NCBI GenBank assembly: GCA_038087875.1 | Contig: JAXLNO010000600.1 | Location: 558,001 to 622,000, forward strand | Direction of reading: 5' to 3' | Length of the DNA stretch: 64,000 nt | DNA from: Malacoraja senta | Lineage: Eukaryota | Shown here: positions 59,801 through 64,000 of the stretch, piece after piece | How positions within the stretch are numbered: position 1 is the stretch's first letter | How the letters are laid out: every line of letters starts with the position of its first letter | The notes under the pieces: model-generated | Told to the model about the DNA's origin: nothing | The model's input: the letters and a program-made list of their open reading frames with translations, nothing else | Database searches by the model: none | Program-made: the position numbers and the translations under genes

Positions 59801-62146
59801 CCCATCAGGACTCTGCACCATCGGAACAGCCGTCACCTCAGGAGTAACTAAAACTACCCCCTGCCAAGTCATTCCCCAAAATTACTGAAACTCCCCCAAC
59901 GGGAAAACACGGCCGTAACCCAACAGTTACCCGGCCTGAAACCAACTCGGACTCGAGACTCACGGTATGCAAAGGCACTACCATGTCATCCATCCCGAAT
60001 CCTACCACAGGGACACTTGACCCAACCGATGATTCCCCAGAAAACGGCAGTACACTCTCCAATATAAAGGACTGAGTAGCACCAGTATCACGCAAGATGG
60101 ATACTGGAACTCTATCACCCCATCCTCCAGAGAAACAAAACCATTCATGATGAACGCAGAATAATTCCTACGCTCATCAGACTCAGGCACCTCAGGTACC
60201 ACAGGTGCCTTCTGTGTACCCACCAAAGCCACAGGCTTTGCATTTTTCTGCTTCAGAACGGGACATGCCTTTAACATGTGCCCTCTCCCTCTACAATAGT
60301 AGCACACAGGACCTTCGTTAGTCCTCAAATTTCCGTCAACCTTATTAGCTCGGACCCCCCCCTGTATCAACGTGCTGCCACTTGCAGGCACAGAAACACC
60401 TTTGACACTGCCACCGGCTACACCACCACGATCAGCCGGCCGTGCACCAAAACTATAGGATCGCCCAACAAAATCAGTTTTATGAGTCAATACATACTCA
60501 TCTGCCAACACCGCGGCCTTCGACACCTCATTCACCTTCTGCTCATTAAGGTAAGTAGTAACCCTCTCAGGGAGACAGTTCTTAAAGTCTTCCATAATCA
60601 TCAAGGCCCGCAGTTGCCCAATATCCTTCACTCCTTGAGAAGCGCACCACCTGTCAAAAAGTGCCTCCTTCTCCCTAGCAAACTCCACATAAGTCTGACT
60701 ATCAAACTTCCTAAAGCGCCGGAATTTCTGCCGGTACGCCTCTGGAACTAATTCATAAGCCCTTAATACTGTAGACTTCACACATTCATAGTCCAGACTG
60801 CTTTCAACAGACAAAGACGAGTACACCTCCCGTGCTTTACCCACAAGGACACACTGCAATAGCAAGGTCCACACTTCCCTAGGCCACTTCAAGGACAAAG
60901 CCACCCGTTCAAACACTGTGAAAAACTTGTCCACATCCTTCTCACTAAAGGGGGGAACCAGGCGGATGTTCTTGCTCATATCAAACTCCCGTCCCTAGAA
61001 GAAACCAGGGAGGCATCCAATTCCTTATCCCGCACCCTAATCACTGCCCTCTTGGTTTCCTCCTCAGCCCCACGCAGCTGAATCTCTGCTCTTTTGGTCT
61101 CCTCCTCTGCTCTTTTGGTCTCCTCTTTCATTGCCAGCTCTAACGGCTTCAACCTAATGACTGCCTCCATGTCCTGACCAGGCTGAACAGAAGGTGTGGG
61201 ACTGTCTGCACAGCCAGGCAAAACCCCACCCTCCACCAACGCAGCCCACAACACCGATTTAATGGACTGTTTCTTTGACTGTGGGTTAATAGGCACTTCA
61301 TAGTTCTCTGCCAGAAAAATCAAATGCTCCTTCGTACATCTATCAAACAACTCCCGACTAGGAGCCTCAATAAAGTCCTTCCCTTTAGACTCCATATCAA
61401 ATGTAGCACCAAACCACCAGCTAAACCCTGGGCACCAATGCTACCACAAACAGGGAAGAAAAATTTCCCTCACAACACACAGACTTCCTCAGTCACCAGA
61501 AGCCTACCAAAAAAAACCCCAAAAACGTCTAGGGTCCTCAAAACTTAGGACGAGCCCCCATTTTGTTACGACTCCCGAATGCAGGTACTTCAGAGCTGCG
61601 TAACATAATTCAAGAACCAGGTTCAAGTTCAAAAATAGTTTAATTATTTCAATGGAACACAAAACCCAAACCTGATTCAAACAACCCAGTCAGGGATATG
61701 GATGGACTGACAAACAATTTAACAGTGCTCCAGCCAGCCACGTGATGGACCATCGAACCAGAGACTCTAAAACCTGCCTAAAAAGATATAACCCTGAAAC
61801 AAAATACACGAAAACACTAAGGTCAGCCCTTATCCGTCCCAATTCAATATTTGTTACTTAGTCATTGTGAAAGTACACAAAGTTCTATGCCATGTGGCCA
61901 GGCCTTCCGCAGCTCACTCCAGCAGTCAGCTCACAAGTCAGGGTTGACGAAGAAGAGAGGGAATCCTGGGAGGACTCTGGTATTTATGCTTCAGATGAGT
62001 CACCGTCACCTGACGCAGCTTGGCCAATCGGGTACAGGAGCCTTTTAACCCTTTGATTCCAGACTCACAGCCACAAGGCCTGCACGCGGGAAAGAAACAG
62101 AGAAAGGTAAGTACATATCATTCACCAGGGGGGGAAGCGCCTAACA
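56823..62146 (-). mobile_element. Gmr1-like Gypsy LTR retrotransposon, degraded
   Basis: LTRs 61564-62146 and 56823-57343 (truncated); tRNA-Pro-type PBS tgggggctcgtcc; PPT; gag with CYYCRGRGHMLKAC, DTGA protease, integrase, then RT (YLDD). Confidence 0.92.
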
Positions 62147-64000
62147 ATGCATTAGTGATCATTTTTCAAAACTTTATATTCTGGAGTAGTTCCTGAGGAT
62201 TGGAGGGTAGCTAATGTAACCCCACTTTTTAAAAAGGGATGGAGAGAGAAAACGGGAATTACAGACCGGTTAGTCTAACATCGGTAGTGGGGAAACTGCT
62301 AGGGTCAGTTATTAAAGATGGGATAGCAGCACATTTGGAAAATGGTGAAATAATTGGACAAAGTCAGCATGGATTTATGAAAGGTTAATCATGTCTGACG
62401 AATCTTATAGATTTTTTCGAGGATGTAACTAGTAGAGTGGATAAGGGAGAACCAGTGGATGTGTTATATCTGGACTTTCAGAAGGCTTTCGACAAGGTCC
62501 CACATAAGAGATTAATATACAAACTTAAAGCACACGGTATTGGGGGTTCAGTATTGATGTGGATAGAGAACTGGCTGGCAGACAGGAAGCAAAGAGTAGG
62601 AGTAAACGGGTCCTTTTCAGAATGGCAGGCAGTGACTAGTGGGGTACCGCAAGGCTCAGTGCTGGGACCCCAGCTATTTACAATATATATTAATGATTTG
62701 GACGAGGGAATTGAATGCAACATCTTCAAGTTGGCGGATGACACGAAGCTGGGGGGAAGTGTTAGCTGTGAGGAGGGTGCTAGGAGGCTGCAAGATGACT
62801 TGGATAGGCTGGGTGAGTGGCAAATGCATGGCAGATGCAGTATAATGTGGATAAATGTGAGGTTATCCACTTTGGTGGCAAAAAACAGGAAAGTAGACTA
62901 TTACCTGAATGGTGGCCGATTAGGAAAAGGGGAGATGCAAGGAGACCTGGGTGTCATGGTACACCAGTCATTGAAAGTAGGCATGCAGGTGCAGCAGGCA
63001 GTGAAGAAAGCGAATGGTATGTTAGCATTCATAGCAAAAGGATTTGAGTATAGGAGCAGGGAGGTTCTACTGCAGTTGTACAGGGTCTTGATGAGACCAC
63101 ACCTGGAGTATTGTGTACAGTTTTGGTCTCCTGATCTGAGGAAGGACATTCTTGCCATAGAAGGAGTACAGAGAAGGTTCACCAGACTGATTCCTGGGAT
63201 GTCAGGGCTTTCATATGAAGAAAGACTGGATAGACTCGGCTTGTACTCGCTAGAATTTAGAAGATTGAGGGGAGATCTTATAGAAACTTACAAAATTCTT
63301 AAGGGGTTGGACAGGCTAGGTGCAGGAAGATTGTTCCCGATGTTGTGGAAGTCCAGAACAAGGGGTCACAGTTTAAGGATAAAGGGGAAATCTTTTAGGA
63401 CTGAGATGAGAACAATATTTTTTACACAGATTGAATCTCTGGAATTCTCTGCCACAGAATTTAGTTGAGGCCAGTTCATTGGCTATATTTAAGAGGGAGT
63501 TAGATGTGGCCCTTGTGGCTAAAGGGATCAGGGGGTATGGAGAGAAAGCAGGTACAGGATACTGAGTTGGATGATCATATTGAATGGCGGTGCAGGCTCG
63601 AAGGGCCGAATGGCCAACTCCTGCACCTATTTTCTATGTTTCTATTACTCAGACCTCACGTCAAAAACCTTGGTGTGATATTTGACTCAGCATTGAAATT
63701 TGACAAACAAGTCATTGCCGTGGTAAAATCTAGCTTCGGATGATAGCTAAAATAAAACAATTCCTCCAGTTTGACGACCTCGAAAAGATCATCCACACAT
63801 TTATCTCCTCCTGCCTCGATTACTGCAACTCCCTTTACACTGGCATCAGCCAATCTTCCCTCACCCACCTGCAACTGGTCCAAAACACCGCAGCGAGACT
63901 CCTGACGGGCACCCGAAAAAGGGCCACATCACCCGATCCTGGCCTCTCTCCACTGGCTCCCTGTGCGGTTCCCAAATAAATTTCAAGATCCTTTTTTATG

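Larger units (their letters stand above)
52728..63644 (+). mobile_element. Near full-length CR1 (tandem 5' repeats, ORF1 zinc finger plus SGNH esterase, ORF2 EN and RT), degraded
   Basis: CSGCQMW..CARC (54974), LPGA/HIGTND/DGLHL (55461..55895), LNARSI/ITETW (56048..56824), RT 62437..63468, tail. Confidence 0.9.
52382..64000 (+). mobile_element. L2 LINE RT region split by an 11-kb CR1 stack (52382-52727 and 63645-64000)
   Basis: GVPQGSILGP, HCYADDTQLY, GSLGSLTP continuing as LLRPHVKNLGVIFDS. Confidence 0.85.

Overview
Vertebrate genomic DNA made almost entirely of nested transposable elements. The CR1, Penelope, Rex1 and V-SINE repertoire suggests a cartilaginous fish, probably a skate (inference). 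The left third is a nested stack: Rex1 > Penelope > Gypsy > intact full-length L1 with a structured, duplicated inter-ORF spacer. The middle holds DNA transposons: a 7-bp-TSD (hATw-like) MITE family with a decayed parent transposase, double-THAP ISL2EU-like elements, Helitrons, and a Harbinger with a 7-exon MADF gene. It also holds a duplicated bidirectional CpG promoter. One promoter copy appears to drive a spliced chimeric gene joining a Harbinger-MADF-derived exon to an intact hAT transposase exon, the best candidate for a novel domesticated system. The right end is L2 > CR1 > (L1, Gmr1-like Gypsy). No recognisable conventional host gene, rRNA, tRNA or CRISPR array was found. Coordinates were read by eye and may be off by a few bases.
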